From Octopus vulgaris (lineage: Eukaryota), in NCBI GenBank assembly GCA_951406725.2, contig OX597822.1:81096001-81160000 (forward strand): a DNA stretch of 64,000 bases, written 5' to 3'. The notes beneath the pieces are model-generated. The model was not told the DNA's origin. It did no database searches and saw only the letters and a list, made by a program, of their open reading frames with translations. A program made the position numbers and the translations under genes. This document shows, piece after piece, positions 27,218-42,299 of the stretch (position 1 is its first letter; each line of letters starts with the position of its first letter).

Positions 27218-28121
27218 CGTATGCATACGTACATACCTACCCGTACATATATATATATATATATATGTTATATATATATATGCATACATCCACAAAGATA
27301 CACGTATATATACATGCATATACACATACGCATGTCAACAATATTCTTGTTAGAGCATAATAAATTTGTACAGTACAAAAGTAAACCCTGAGATTAATTT
27401 ACAATCGTTTTTTATTATAACTAAACATAAAAATGAACATTAACATACTTGAATGCGTGAGTAAGTGTGTGGGGGTATGGATGAATACATATATGTATAT
27501 GAAGGATTCTCTTATCGTGAAAGTCAAATGAGGGTTCATTAAAATAAATCGCTAATCATGTTCTATGGACACTGATGTGTCTCGTAAGGCCTGCTGGCGC
27601 CTTACAAGCTTTTTGGCAAACGGAACTAGTTGAGGAATCAGTTGGTTCGAGTCCTTGTGGATCATTTGCTACGTGTTTTCTTGAATGTATAACAAGGCCT
27701 GCTTTGCTCCGTACCACAAAACCGTAATGGCTGCTAAAATGTTTGTCTAGAGGAGCGGTGAAGGGTGAAGAAAAGTAAGATAGCTGCGCTCAACAAATTT
27801 AACAAGAATTTATAATATTTGATTCAGGTTTACATCATTTAAAGACTAGTGGGCGCGTAGGACAAGATCATCACATCAAACGGTAGGAGGCATCTAAGAT
27901 ACATACATTTTTTGTCGATTTTATTGACCCCTGTATCTGATAAATGGCGCATTTTACCTATCAGTATCATTTGCCCAACGTCTATGATTCAAGAACGTAA
28001 ACATTCTAACACCGCATGTCAGTGAAGGTGGAGTATAAAGACAGACACACACAAACACACGTGCATACATACATACATACATACATACATACATACATAC
28101 ATACACATATATATATATTTA

Positions 28122-28154
<33 letters not shown>

Positions 28155-28359
28155 TGCTAGTTTATTTTGTCTCTTTGTCTTCTCTCCTGGTGCTGTGTGA
28201 ACATTTAATTTTAGAGTCAAGTTTTGGCTGCTATTTCCAGAGTAGTGGTATATCTTTGATACCCAAAATTATGATTTTAATAATAATTACTACCTTTCAA
28301 GGTTTTTTTATTCCCATACTGGCCACCTGATAAAATAAATTTACATTTATATATATATA

Positions 28360-28737
28360 TATATAAGAAAAAGGGACAGGCAACAGGTTGCTTGACTGCA
28401 TACCGAAAAAAGTAGAAATAGCAGTCAAAAATGCTTATTTCTAATTTCCACAAATGGGGCTCCAGGCACGACAAACCCTGTAATTCACATATGCAAAACA
28501 GAAGGAATAGATATTCGAAAACGAAGTCTGGTGGTTATCTGAAACATGATGTTCACAGATAACCACCAGACTTCGTTTTCGAATATCTATTCCTTCTGTT
28601 TTGCATATGTGAATTACAGGGTTTGTCGTGCCTGGAGCCCCATTTGTGGAAATTAGAAATAAGCATTTTTGACTGCTATTTCTACTTTTTTCGGTATGCG
28701 GTCAAGCAACCTGTTGCCTGTCCCTTTTTCTTATATA
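28360..28737. repeat. Near-perfect palindrome (~182-bp arms, 14-bp loop)
   Basis: 28360-28541 versus 28556-28737 with one mismatch seen. The ORF track gives the same peptide start (MSCLEPHLWK...) on both strands. Confidence 0.95.
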
Positions 28738-28857
28738 CAATATATATACTGAACTTTACAGAAGTTCCTGCCGGTAATCGGCTATATTTACATACCGAAT
28801 TCTACCAGTAAATAATTGTGGTATTTTTTTAAAAACCATTATAGAAATTATTTACCC

Positions 28858-28938
<81 letters not shown>

Positions 28939-29532
28939 TAAGTAGTATAATATATCACAATTATTCGGTTGCCATAATAATACTCCGAGTTTCGAATGTC
29001 GGGGCGTATATAGCGTATATATTGTATATATCACGGGCTTCTTTTAACTTCCGTCTACCAAATCCACTTACAAGGTTTTTGCTCGGAACCAAGATTACGT
29101 TAAAAACACTTGCAGAATGTGCCACGCAGTGGGACTGAGCGCAGAACCATGTGGTTGGGAAGCAACCTCTTACCACATATCCACCCCCTGCGTTAATATA
29201 CCTCCATGTATCATATTATTCAACAATACGAATCGATCTGCATTAAGCAATTCTTTTTCTCGCGATGTGCACTCCGAGAATCTTAGACATCTTGGTGCAG
29301 CCGTTTGAGCGCCGCCTATTTTAGCGTTGCTAATTGGATGCTGACTTATTTGGCATCAGGCATTGTAATCTTTCTATTGTTTTGACGATTCTCACATTCC
29401 CTTTCTCTTTCTATCTCTATCTCTTTCTCCCCCATCTCTCTCTCTCTCTCTCTCTCTCGCTCGCTCGCTCGCTCTCTTTCTCTCTGTTTATGTGTATCTA
29501 GTTATGTTTATTTTTATTCTTTTATTACCTTC

Positions 29533-29917
29533 AAGGCGGCGAGTTGGCAGAATCGTTAGCACGTCGGGTGAAATGCTTAGCGGTATTTCGTCTGCCGTTA
29601 CGTTGTGAGTTCAAATTCCGCCGAGGTCGACTTTGCCTTTCCTTCTTTCGGGGTCGATAAATTAAGTACCAGTTACGCACTGGGGTCGATGTAATTGACT
29701 TAATACCTATATCTATCCTTGTTTGTCCCCTCTATGTTTAGCCCCTTGTGGGTAATAAAGAAATAGGTATTTCGTCTGTCATTACGTTCTGAGTTTAAAT
29801 TCTGCCGAGGTCATCTTTTCGGGGTCGATAAATTAAGTACCAGTTGCGTACTGGGGTCGATCTAATCGACTGGCGTTTTCCCCCAAAATTTCGGGCCTTG
29901 TGCCTAGAGTAGAAAAT
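29533..29917 (+). mobile_element. SINE family A, full length with internal duplication
   Basis: GGCGGCGAGTTGGCAGAATCGTTAGCACG... The GGTATTTCGTCTG...GGGGTCGATAAATTAAGTACCAG block occurs twice, as at 49948-50320. Confidence 0.85.
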
Positions 29918-29919
29918 AC

Positions 29920-30463
29920 TCTTTTACTAGTTTCAGTCATCAGACTGTGGCCATGCTGGGGCACTGCCTCGAAGAATTTTAGTCGAACGAGTTGACCCCT
30001 GTACTTATATTTTTTAAAGCCTCGTACTTATTCTCTCAGTCCATTACGGCCAACCGCCAGGTAACGAGGACGCAAACACACCAACACTGTTTGTCAAGCG
30101 GAAACAAAGACATATATACCTATATATATGTACACCAACACACACACATACACACTCACACATACATACATACATACATGCATACATACATACATACATA
30201 CATACATACACACACACATATACATACATATATACATGCATACATACATACATACATACATACATACATACATACATACATACATACATACATACATACA
30301 CGACAGGCTTTATTCTGTTTTCACCAATCAAATTCACTCGCAAGGATTTGGCCGGCCCGACGGAATAGTAGAAGATACTTGCCCTAAGTGCCACGGAGCG
30401 GGGCTGAACCCAGAACCATATGGTTGAGAAGCAAACATCGTACCACATAGTCACGTCTGCGCC
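29920..30463 (-). mobile_element. SINE family B with internal microsatellite
   Basis: Colinear with 33444-33864 and 52741-53180, with (CATA)n inside. Confidence 0.8.
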
Positions 30464-31525
30464 TATGTATATGTAATATTTCTCTCGCTCACTCTCTATG
30501 CGTGAGTATACCTCAGCAAACCGCGCTTGATTATTCGTTGGATCCCAGTTCCAATACTCATTGTCTCCCAATATGTCCCAGTCAGCCGTGCCAAATCGCC
30601 AGTGTCCACACGACCGCATTTAGTTGTCTAATTCATGCACACAGAAAGTTCTAGAAACCAATACTGCCACCCAAATACAAAGTAAATAAAATGATTCAAA
30701 TATTCGAAGATATTGTCTTTAACACCTCATATATTATTGCAACACATTTGCTGAAGATTTCATATGAATCTAAAAGATGATAAGAAAATATTACAAAATC
30801 TCTTGGCATCTATCATACATAAAGAAATTTTCAAATCAGTTGCCAACATTTCAAACTAAAATTTGCTGTCAGCGTTTCGAGCTGGATACTAGAAAAATCT
30901 GGTGATAAATAAAATTCTCAACATCCTAGTGCAATTGCACGAAGGCGACTCAGATTAAAACATGCTCAATGAAGAATTAACTCACACGCACATTTAAAAG
31001 CAAGAAGTGTTTAAACAAGTTACATCTACTGTACGGTAAAAATAGCAGCATCAAAGCTAACAAACATTGGCTTACTGACAAATACTACTAATTATTTGAT
31101 AGAAACAATCTACAAGTGAGCGACAGCTGCGTATAAAATACATTGAGCCTAATGGTAATTATAAACTCATACGCGAGTGCCTGAAGCAGTAAATTTTTAA
31201 GCTTCAGCCAACAGCGAATTTCCTATTAAAAGTATTGTCTAGTTTATAAGGTGAGCAACAGGAAACTATCTTTTAATTTTTAATTGTTTCAGTCACTGGA
31301 TTTACAGTAATGCTGGAGCACCGCCTACAAAGGTTGAATCGAACGACTCAACCCAAGAACTTATTTTTAAGTCTAGTATTCATTCCATTGATCATTTGCC
31401 AAACTCCAAGGTTGCAAGGACATAAAGAAACCAATCTCAGCTGTCAAAAGCTGGCGTGGGAACAAACACAAACTCAAAGATACATACACATATTCACAAA
31501 CAGACACACAAATACACACGTACAC

Positions 31526-31560
<35 letters not shown>

Positions 31561-31572
31561 ATATATATATTT

Positions 31573-31800
31573 CTTTACTACCCACAAGGGGCTAAACACA
31601 GAGGGGACAAACAAGGACAGACAAACGGATTAAGTCGATTACATCGATCCCAGTGCGTAACTGATACTTAATTTATCGACCCCGAAAGGATGAAAGGCAA
31701 AGTCGACCTCGGCGGAATTTGAACTCAGAACGTAACGGCAGACGAAATACAGCTACGCATTTCGCCCGGCGTGCTAATTTTTCGGCCAGCTTGCCGCCTT
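31573..31800 (-). mobile_element. SINE family A copy
   Basis: Reverse complement of the first unit of 29533-29765. Confidence 0.85.
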
Positions 31801-31983
31801 TATAATATATAATATATAAGCATGCGAAAGGCTTTAAGATAGTTTCCGTGTCAACCAAATTCACCCTCAAGGAATTGATTGGTCCGCGGATATAGTAGAA
31901 GACACTTGCCAAAGATGACGCCTTGTGGGATTGAACACGAAACCACACGGTTACGATATGACATTCTCAACAACACAATGATG

Positions 31984-32260
31984 CGCGATGGCCCAATAGA
32001 TAGGACAGCTTATATGTAGTTGTAGGATCGCGGTTTCGATTCCTAGACCGAGCATTGTAAGTGTTTATTGAGCAAAAACACCTACAGATCCAGGAGGGTG
32101 TGGTGGTGAACCCTGCTGTACTCTTTCCCCACAACTTTCTCTGTCTCCTTCTTCATGTTTCTGTTGTACATGTATTTCAAAAGGTCAGCCTTGTCACACT
32201 CTATGTCATGCTAAATCTCCCCGAGAACTGCGCTAGGGGTACACGTGTCTGTGGAGTGCA
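31984..32260 (+). mobile_element. Chimeric SINE (family D head, family C tail)
   Basis: GTTTCGATTCCTAGACC...GTGTTTATTGAGCAAAAACACC (D head) joined to TGTATTTCAAAAGGTCAGCCTTGTCACACTC...CACGTGTCTGTGGAGTG (C tail). Confidence 0.65.
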
Positions 32261-32282
32261 TATATATGTGCAGTATATATAC

Positions 32283-32337
<55 letters not shown>

Positions 32338-32460
32338 TATATGTATATCTTTATATATATATATGTATATACACGCACACACTCATACACACACACAAAC
32401 ACACACACACACACACGCACGCACACACACGCACATATATATATTTTTTTTTCTCTTTTT

Positions 32461-32797
32461 CTCTTTTTACTTGTTTCAGTCATTTGACTGCGGCCATGCT
32501 GGAGCACCGCCTTTAGTCGAGCAAATCGACCCCGGGACTTATTCTTTGTAAGCCCAGTACTTATTCTATCGGTCTCTTTTGCCGAACCGCTAAGTGACGG
32601 GGACGTAAACACACCAGCATCGGTTGTCAAGCAATGCTAGGGAAACAAACACAGACACACAAACATATTCACACACACTTATATATATATACATATATAC
32701 GACAGGCTTCTTTCAGTTTCCGTCTACCAAATCCACTCACAAGGCATTGGTCGGCGTGGTTGGTTAGCAAGCTACTTACCAAACAGCCACTCCTGCG

Positions 32798-32800
<3 letters not shown>
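32461..32800 (-). mobile_element. SINE family B (well conserved, internal deletion)
   Basis: CTTGTTTCAGTCATTTGACTGCGGCCATGCTGGAGCACCGCC...CCGTCTACCAAATCCACTCACAAGG...CAGCCACTCCTGCGCC. Confidence 0.85.
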
Positions 32801-32861
<61 letters not shown>

Positions 32862-33381
32862 TATGTATTGGACCTTGTGAAAAGAGGTTTAATAGATGCT
32901 GTACTTAATGTTACTTCCAAAATATGCCATATGAAAACAGTAGTTTTTGTCACAAAATATTTGGATATTAAAAGAGGCGGAGTAAAATAACATTGATATA
33001 AATGGTATGATATCGATCCGGGAAAACATTATATTGCCAGCGCCAACACAGATGAACTTTGCTTGGCAGGTAGCATTACCTAACGAATATCTTAATGGAA
33101 CATTACAAATTACTCAGCCAAAAGCGAGAATTAATCTAACAATTGCAAGTATGAAAACCAATATGGCCGCAAGTATTTCTAGGAGTTATAATCAGATTAA
33201 CAGCTCATAATTTAAAATCCAATGATAATGAATAATGAAAAACACGCGTCCTTCAAACAACAATCAACTCCATTACAGTTGCTCGACGTCCATGGAGTAA
33301 TCAATTTACTTGGAGACCGCCCCTAACGAGGGACACAGAATTGCACGTTGTGCTCATGTTTTTCAATTCATAATTCATGCA

Positions 33382-33424
<43 letters not shown>

Positions 33425-33443
33425 CTATACATATATATACATA

Positions 33444-33602
33444 GGCGCAGGAGTGGTTGTGTTGTAAGTAGCTTGCTTACTACCCACATGATTCTGGGTT
33501 CAATACCCCTGCGTGGCACCTTGGGCAAGTGTCTCCTATAGCCTCGGGTCGAACAAAGTCTTGTGAGCGAAGTTGGTAGACGGAAACAAAAAGAAGCCCG
33601 TC

Positions 33603-33656
<54 letters not shown>

Positions 33657-33864
33657 TTGTGTCTCCCCCCCCCACGTCACTTGACAACCGTTGTTGGTAT
33701 GGTTATATCCTCGTAACTTAGTAACTTAACAGTTTGGCCAAAGACAGCAATAGAATAAGTACTAGGCTTACAAAGAATAGGTTTGATTTGCTCAACTAAA
33801 ACGGTGCTCCAGCATAGCCGCAGTCAGATGACTGAAACAATCAATAGTAAAAGAATAAAAGAAT
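33444..33864 (+). mobile_element. SINE family B, full length
   Basis: GGCGCAGGAGTGGTTGTG head, CACCTTGGGCAAGTGTC, internal (TA)n(TG)n, tail CAGCATAGCCGCAGTC..GACTGAAACAA. Partial copies also at ~9895, 29030, 31283, 31822, 34905, 55985, 59135 and 63520. Confidence 0.85.
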
Positions 33865-33879
33865 ATATATATAAAATTA

Positions 33880-34077
33880 TAATTATAATTTAGGGCATGC
33901 AAGAGATAGCACCACGCTGAAATAGCAGTCAAAACCTGACTCTAAAACCACATTAAATGTTCATTTAGCACCATCATCTCCTGGCGCTGTATGAACATTT
34001 AATGTGGTTTTAAAGTCAGGTTTTGACTGCTATTTTCAGCGTGGTGGTATCTCTTAGATGCCCTAAATTATAATTTT
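33880..34077. repeat. Inverted repeat (~85-bp arms) with shared GAAATAGCAGTCAAAA motif
   Basis: 33880-33964 versus 33991-34077. The right arm is homologous to 28185-28275. Confidence 0.85.
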
Positions 34078-35077
34078 TATATATATATATATCAGTATCA
34101 GCCAAGTTAATATAGTGTCAATGAAGACGTCACTGCCATGCCCTATCTCCAAGTCTGCTTATGTCGTGTTTATGTAAGTCAACATCGACCAACCACATGA
34201 ATATCGAAAGAACGTATATGATGTATATATGTACTTGATCGATTACTCTGTAAGAAATATCAAAGAACCCCACTCCCCTCAAATCACCCCCTTTTTCTTT
34301 GAACGCAAATAAAACATGATGCAGTATGGCCTGCATAACATACGATGTGGTTATATTTGGAAACATTTTATTCAAAAGTGAGTATGTCTTTGAACCATGA
34401 ACGGCCCTTTACTAATTGTTTTAGGTGTCAACATTGACACCCACAAAGCCCTCTTACTTTTCACCAAAGCGAATCACCAGGATGTGCGAACCGGAAGTAA
34501 TAGGGTCTAGTCAGCAGTTGCCAGGTACTCATTTCAGGGGACTAGACTGTAGCAATGGGAAATAAACGGCCTTGCTCAAGGATTTCTGCAAGATACGGCA
34601 GCTGAATTGAGCAGCTTGAGTAACCACTCAGTCCAGAACCGTGAAGAGAGAGAGAGAGCAAGAGAGGGAGAGGAGGAGAAACAGAGACGAGGAGAGACAG
34701 AGACGAGGAGAGAGAGAGAGACAGAGATAATATGTGACAGATAATCATGGAGAAAAGCGGAGACATTAAGAGTTTGCTTAACTTTACTCAATAAAACGTC
34801 CGTTGTGTGTTTGTGTATGCATGTATCAATATGTTCGCCTGTATAACACTAATACATACACACAAACGCAAACTCACAAGCACACATGTATAGCCATACA
34901 TGCGAAGGGCTCCCACGCAGTTTCCGTCTACTAATATCACACGCAAATCATTATCAGGTTGGGGTTATAGCAGAAGACACGAAGGTACTGAACCTGAAAC
35001 CGCTTAGTACCAAAGTGAACTTTTTAACCACAATGCCTTCTCTGCGCCTAAGTGATAACAATATTATAGTAAATTCG

Positions 35078-35295
35078 AAGGCGGCAAGCTGGCAGAACCG
35101 TTAGCACACCAGCCAGAACCCTTAGCGTCATTTCCCCGTCTCTGCATTCTGAGTTCAAATTCCTCCGAGTTCGAATCTGCATTTCGTCCTTTTCGTGGTC
35201 GATAAAGTAGATACCAGTTCAGCACTGGGGCCGATGTAATCAACTTTTCCCCCACCCAAAACTGCTGATCTTGTCCCAAAGTTTGAAACCAAGAT
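35078..35295 (+). mobile_element. SINE family A copy
   Basis: GGCGGCAAGCTGGCAGAACCGTTAGCAC...TTCTGAGTTCAAATTCC. Confidence 0.75.
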
Positions 35296-35832
35296 TATAA
35301 TACTGTAGCCATAACGATCTTAAATAACGACAAAAATCTTATTGTCAGTCATTGAGGTTCTCTTTTGGAGAGAATTACGTTCTAAAAATATTTATTCTTC
35401 ACTTGCTCCGAAAAAATACGTAGTCTTCACTGCTGAATTATAAATGAAAGGAAGTTCTAAATTCAGGTTGCCAAGGAAAGCAGAAAATGAGTGCTAAACG
35501 TAGATTGTTTTGCTGAAGGCAGCCTTATCGAAATGAAACAATATTCGTAGCCAAGAGCAACGGAAACAATTTTAATAACACAATGTTGTGGTGGAATCCC
35601 AACACACTCGTGAGAGGATAAATAAACGATTCCGAAATGTATAAATACGCATGCGTGCTGGAGGTATCAGGTCAGTGTCTTATGCGCAGTCATATATTAT
35701 ACCGAGAGTCGTAGAAGCTATTAAGAAGAGGTGTCGTTGGAATATGTGTTGGTGAATTGAAAAGTTGGCGAATGAATAAGTCAGCAACCACATTTAAAAG
35801 TCATAACACATAAGCAGACATAAAATTACACT

Positions 35833-36335
35833 TGGCCATTAACTGCCAAATTTTTATTATTCATATTTTTTGACTTTGCGAAGTGTCTTACGAGTTAAAA
35901 TAATATATAGTATTTAAATTTTCTTTATGTGTGAATTATTTTGGAAATTATGATCAATTTTTCGAAAAGACCCAAATGGGAATCGCTGAAAAAAAGTATG
36001 TTTATCCTTTTCTATTCAATTGCAATAATAAACATTTTAGTTTTTTCTTTGGATATGAAATATCGATGACTGATATAAATGAGAAATGCAAAAAGAAAAA
36101 AACGTTTACAAAATAATCAATATTTTTGTAGTTCAAAAATTGCGATTTATGACATAAAATGTCCTCTAGAATTAGCCAGACTTAATAACGACAAACTTTA
36201 ACTACTAAATATTGTTAAACACACCTCTGCAAATGCAATGTGCATAAGCAATTCACTTTGAATAGAGCGAACAACCGGCAGTGAGAGTGTTTTTAGCACA
36301 TACCCAAATGGGACTCATGGCAGGCAATGGGTTAA
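35833..36335. mobile_element. Possible piggyBac-type MITE remnant
   Basis: Right end TGGCAGGCAATGGG-TTAA. Left CCATTAACTGCCA is an imperfect inverted match. Confidence 0.3.
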
Positions 36336-36469
36336 TGTATGAAAACAGCGTCACAAGAGACAGCTATATTAAATGAAACCATTATAAAAAATTGTGTGAG
36401 TGTATATGTTTGTATGTGTGTCTGTGTGTGTATTTGACAGTGTTGGCTGACCACAGTTGAGTGCAGTAA

Positions 36470-36860
36470 CCTCAATGTATTTTTGTTACAGCGTGTTAGC
36501 ACTAGCTGGGTGTTAGCTGTGTTTCTTCCGTATCATCAGCATAGCTAGTGAGTGTAGCTTTTTATATAACTGATCACTACAAACAGCATTCACCTCAAAA
36601 CAATTCCCTCAGGCACTTCACTCGCCATTAATACCCCGAGGCTCTTACTGCCTGGTATTCTATCTTTTAAGAAGTCATGGAAACAGTTGCCAAGGTTTCC
36701 AGCTCTGCCGAAATTTTGCAGCTTTTGACTTACATTCCTAAAATCAATCTTATCAAAGATCTTTGCAAATTTAAAATATATCACATCCACGTTTGGGCGA
36801 TTCATAAGTTGCTTCAACACTCAAAATGCACATTGCCACTCTACGGAAACTTTTCATACC
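36470..36860 (-). mobile_element. CR1-like LINE reverse transcriptase fragment (degenerate)
   Basis: DVIYFKFAKIFDKI...SEVPEGIVL (DF.KAFD and GVPQG motifs, decayed) and YADDT encoded at ~36530-36545. Confidence 0.75.
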
Positions 36861-37046
36861 ACCAATAATTATGTGCTTGTGTCGGTGAATCTATATACAT
36901 ATGTACGTGTCTTTATTATTTATGATATAATATCGCCATGAAATTTTGATATATGGTACTTATCACACATGCGTAATGTGATATACATTTCCACGCGCAT
37001 CACACGCACGCAGGCACACGCACACACACACACACACACACATGCA

Positions 37047-37352
37047 TATATGGTAACAGGACGTCACCAACGGTGTAAATAACATGAAATACGCAAACAA
37101 ACGAAGGAAATTCGAATAATATACGTCAACAACGAAACAAAAATTGGAAACAGGACAAATTAACACAGAGGAAGGACCTTTCATCATTTGTCAGCTGTCT
37201 ATCTACTCTTCATTTCAAGCGAGTAGTAGATAGAAGGGTGACAACTAATGAACGGTCCTTTCTCTGTGTTAACTTGTCTTGATTCCCACTATTTCTCGTT
37301 CATTACGTATTTCATGTTATCTGCACCGTTAGTGACATCCTCTTACTATATA
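37047..37352. repeat. Diverged inverted repeat related to the 9051-9393 element
   Basis: AACACAGAGGAAGGACCTTTCATC versus AATGAACGGTCCTTTCTCTGTGTT. The outer CAGGACGTCAC resembles CAGGACATCAC on the minus strand at ~9285. Confidence 0.7.
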
Positions 37353-37368
37353 TGCATGCATATATATA

Positions 37369-37449
<81 letters not shown>

Positions 37450-37452
37450 ATG

Positions 37453-37788
37453 CGGAGATCCCCTTCGGTCACGAATGACCATGGGATTGCACCTAGAAAG
37501 TTACCCTCCAAGGCACAAGTTCCTGCAAGGTTGTTTATGGAAGGCCAGCAGTTGCCCATGCATACAGGCCTCCCCTCTCTACGCCACCGATGTCATCCAA
37601 GGGAAAGGTAAAGGCAGATAGAGCTTGGCACCAGTGACGTCGCAACTCATTTCTACAGCTGAGTTAACTGGAGCAACGTGAAATAAAATGTCTTGCTCAA
37701 GAACACGACACGCAGCCAGGTCCGGGATTCGAACTCACAACCTCACAATCGTAAGATCGAGGTCCTGACCACTGAGCAATGCGCCTTC
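37453..37788 (-). mobile_element. tRNA-derived SINE family E (RTE-like 3' tail)
   Basis: Minus-strand head GAAGGCGCATTGCTCAGTGG...GAGTTCGAATCCCGG, GTGTTCTTGAGCAAGACA. A tail fragment recurs at 39845-39955 (+). The RTE-like tail assignment is from recall. Confidence 0.7.
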
Positions 37789-37795
37789 ACACACA

Positions 37796-37874
<79 letters not shown>

Positions 37875-38139
37875 GTGTGTGTGTATCTATACGTATATAT
37901 ATATATCTGCGTATGTATGTATTTATTTATTACGTATGTGTACCGTGGTGGTACATTCATTTAAGCATGTACCTATATATGATGCATAGATTTACGCTTT
38001 GCATATTTTGCTTCTTTTCTCTTGCCCTTGATATTTCTCTCAGATAGCATTTTCCCTTTGTTTGTTTTCTACAGTATATTTCTATTATTCACCGAATGCA
38101 CACACACACACACACACACATAACACACACTCACACGCA

Positions 38140-38187
<48 letters not shown>

Positions 38188-38299
38188 CACACAAATGTAT
38201 ATACACACACACATATATATATACATATATATAGATATATATAGATAGATAGATAGATAGCGATATATATATATATACACATATACACACAAATGTATA

Positions 38300-38463
<164 letters not shown>

Positions 38464-38499
38464 TGTACATATGTATATGTATAGATAGATAGATATTTA

Positions 38500-38535
<36 letters not shown>

Positions 38536-38821
38536 TCTGTACGTGTATCATATCAGCAGCATCAACTACGGCATCATTATGATGATTGCCGTGAGTTTTT
38601 CTCTATTTCTATCACATTTTATCAACTTCCAAACTCTGCTCCTTGCTGTTTTTTTTTTCTCTCTCTCTAACTTTCAGAAACGTTTTTATATTTTATATTC
38701 ATATTTTCGTATAAATTTTTATTCTTTATTTCTTTATACCTTGTTTAATATACTCAGCTTTTTGAATTTGTGTCTATTTCTCTGTGGGCGTATATGTTTA
38801 CGTGTGTGTGGTTTTGTGTGC

Positions 38822-38852
<31 letters not shown>

Positions 38853-38900
38853 TAAGAGCGAGAACAACGACGGGAATGATAAAAAAAAACATTAGGAACT

Positions 38901-39596
<696 letters not shown>

Positions 39597-39597
39597 G

Positions 39598-39655
<58 letters not shown>

Positions 39656-40566
39656 TATATTGGCCTGCTCGCTTAGCCAGCTGGGTGGCGTCATTCGCAG
39701 GCTAAAACAATGCGAACGCATTGTGACCAGTGATGTGTAACAACATCTGATGGTCTGCTCGGTCACGTGATCACGTGATATACATATATACATACATATA
39801 TACATACATATCTACATATATATATATATATATATATATGTATACTGGTGGCGTGGAGAGGGGAGCCCGGTATGCAAGGGCAACTGCTGGTCTTCCATAA
39901 TCAACCTTGCACGGACTTGTGCCTGGGGGCGGGGGTAACTTCCTAGGTGCAGTTTGAATGTAGTTTGAAAGATTAAAGGATTTAGATCCGATAAATTCCT
40001 TTACACTCAAGAGCAGACCAACCATCTTGGATTCAACTTGGAAAGAAAGGGTAGAAAGGGAAATGCTGTCGTCCAGTGAATTTGTCAGAAGACGTATGAT
40101 TGGTAAAAATGGCAATAATTGGCAAAACTAGTATCAACTTGCTTTTATATGTTAGAGAGGAACGTTTGGGAGATTATTAGATCTATATTTGTCATTCTAT
40201 GAATACTTTCTCCCTCATTTGTTTTGTTTTTCTTTTTTCTAGTTGTATTCGAAGTAAACTTTCACATTTTACGTGACCTGTCTTTGTGATTGACGTTCGT
40301 GTGTCAAATAAATATAATTATCATCATCGCCCCCTTTATCCTCATCAACATCGTCATCAACACACACGAGTTCAACTTTGTCTCTCATTCTCTTTTGGTG
40401 TCGATAAAATAGGCATCAGGCAAGTACCGACGACGATGTCATCGACTAACTCCGACTCGCACAAAATTTCTAGCATTTTGCCTACAGTATAAAGAATTTA
40501 CTCCCTCCTCGCAAATTTTAAACCTTACGTGTATATAGAAATAATTATTATAGTTGTTGTTGTTGG

Positions 40567-40772
40567 GGCTGTGAGCTGGCAGAATCGTCATCATGCAGGA
40601 CAAAATGCTTAGCGGTATTTCGTCTGTCACTACGTTCTGAGTTCGATTTCCGCCGATGTCGACTTTGCCTTTCGAGATCAATAAATTAAGTACCAGTGAA
40701 AGACTGAGATCGATGAAATCGACTTACATTCTCCCTACAAATTTCAGGCCTTGTGCTTATTGTAGAAATGAT
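40567..40772 (+). mobile_element. SINE family A copy
   Basis: GAGCTGGCAGAATCG...AAATGCTTAGCGGTATTTCGTCTG...TAAATTAAGTACCAG. Confidence 0.8.
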
Positions 40773-42091
40773 TATTATTGTTGGTGGTGTTGTTGCTGTT
40801 ATGGTGGTGGTTACTGATGCTGCAAGTGTGGTTGTTATTTCGCTTTTAATCTGTGTGCTTTATACAATGACTTGCCGGGTCATACTCGGTGACCTCGAGC
40901 AAATGACGGTTAAGAAATGTTTAAATGTAATTGAATGTTGCGGCAAAGTGAGGAGAACAATATATAAATAGATTCATATAATGCAGCACACATCAAAACA
41001 TTCATTTTGACATGGTTTCGCTAAAGATATCGATGGTACTTGTCAACACAGTCTTCTGGGCTTCTTTCAGATACTGTCCTCCTGGGATTTTACATACATA
41101 TTTTTGACACCTCTTTTTTTTACCATACTAATATCATCTACAATACAGGAATACTTTCTCTTTAAGAAGTCACATTTTTTGTATTTCAATTTCCAGTATT
41201 CTTATATTTACTAATCTTATCATTCCTTGAGAGACTTCTTCCTCCTCATCATAATCATAATTATCATTATCATTATTGAGTGAGAGAGCAGTGCATGCCA
41301 TCAAAGTGACACTGGGGTAGAAATATATGAAGCTCATTATACCCATCATGACTACACCGGGTACATTCAAACCCCAAAGAATTCCTCTCGACACATGACT
41401 ATTATGTTTCTCCACTACTTCTTCTTGTGATCAGAGATACACATATTGTCAGCCACCAAGGAATATGCTCAACTGGTTACGGTTAAGCAACTCTCAAATA
41501 TGAACAGGAAGAAAGAGTGAGGGGTAGTTGTGGTGAAAGCGTACAGCAGGGTTCGCTGTACATTTCATATATATATATAATGTACACCAAATCCTGCTGT
41601 ACGCTTTCACCACAACTACTTCTTATATATATATATATATATATATCTTAGCAGTGCTGTATTTCCACGCACCCACGCAAAAACCGATGCTTATTGATGT
41701 CATCACATCATGTAAAAATTGAACCCCATGGGGCCTGCATTGACAGAAGTTCAACGGCACAGAACAAAAAAAGACGAGTTTGTGAGTGAGAAGCCTCATT
41801 GTTAATGTTACCAACAAAACAATGTCGAACAAATATAAAGAATTATCGTAGCCTGCTGGCTTCTAAAAGAAAAATGCTATTAATTCTATAACAATAACCG
41901 TGTCTCTTTGGATATGTGTATGGATATGCGTGTTGTTATATGTATGTGCTTGTAAGAATTTATATATTGTGTTTGTTTATATTTGCTTGTGAGGAAGTCA
42001 TATTTTAATGAGATGGGATGTGTGTGCACGCGTATGCATATATGTACGTGTCCTTGTAAGTATGTATGTCTGTGGATATGTGTGTGTGTCA

Positions 42092-42132
<41 letters not shown>

Positions 42133-42205
42133 TATGTGTGGGTGCATAACTGAATATTGAGTTGAAGTCATATTTGAAAGTGATTGTATGCATGTGTATA
42201 AGATT

Positions 42206-42250
<45 letters not shown>

Positions 42251-42267
42251 TACAGAGTGTGTGTGTA

Positions 42268-42299
<32 letters not shown>

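Noticed and set aside
30600-31250. Repeat-free stretch as a candidate host exon
   Set aside because: No ORF of 60 aa or more and no recognisable motif. A short exon cannot be excluded without RNA data.
41030-41110. Possible R4/Dong-type LINE C-terminus (IPGGQYLKEAQKTVL)
   Set aside because: Too short and degenerate to list as a feature.
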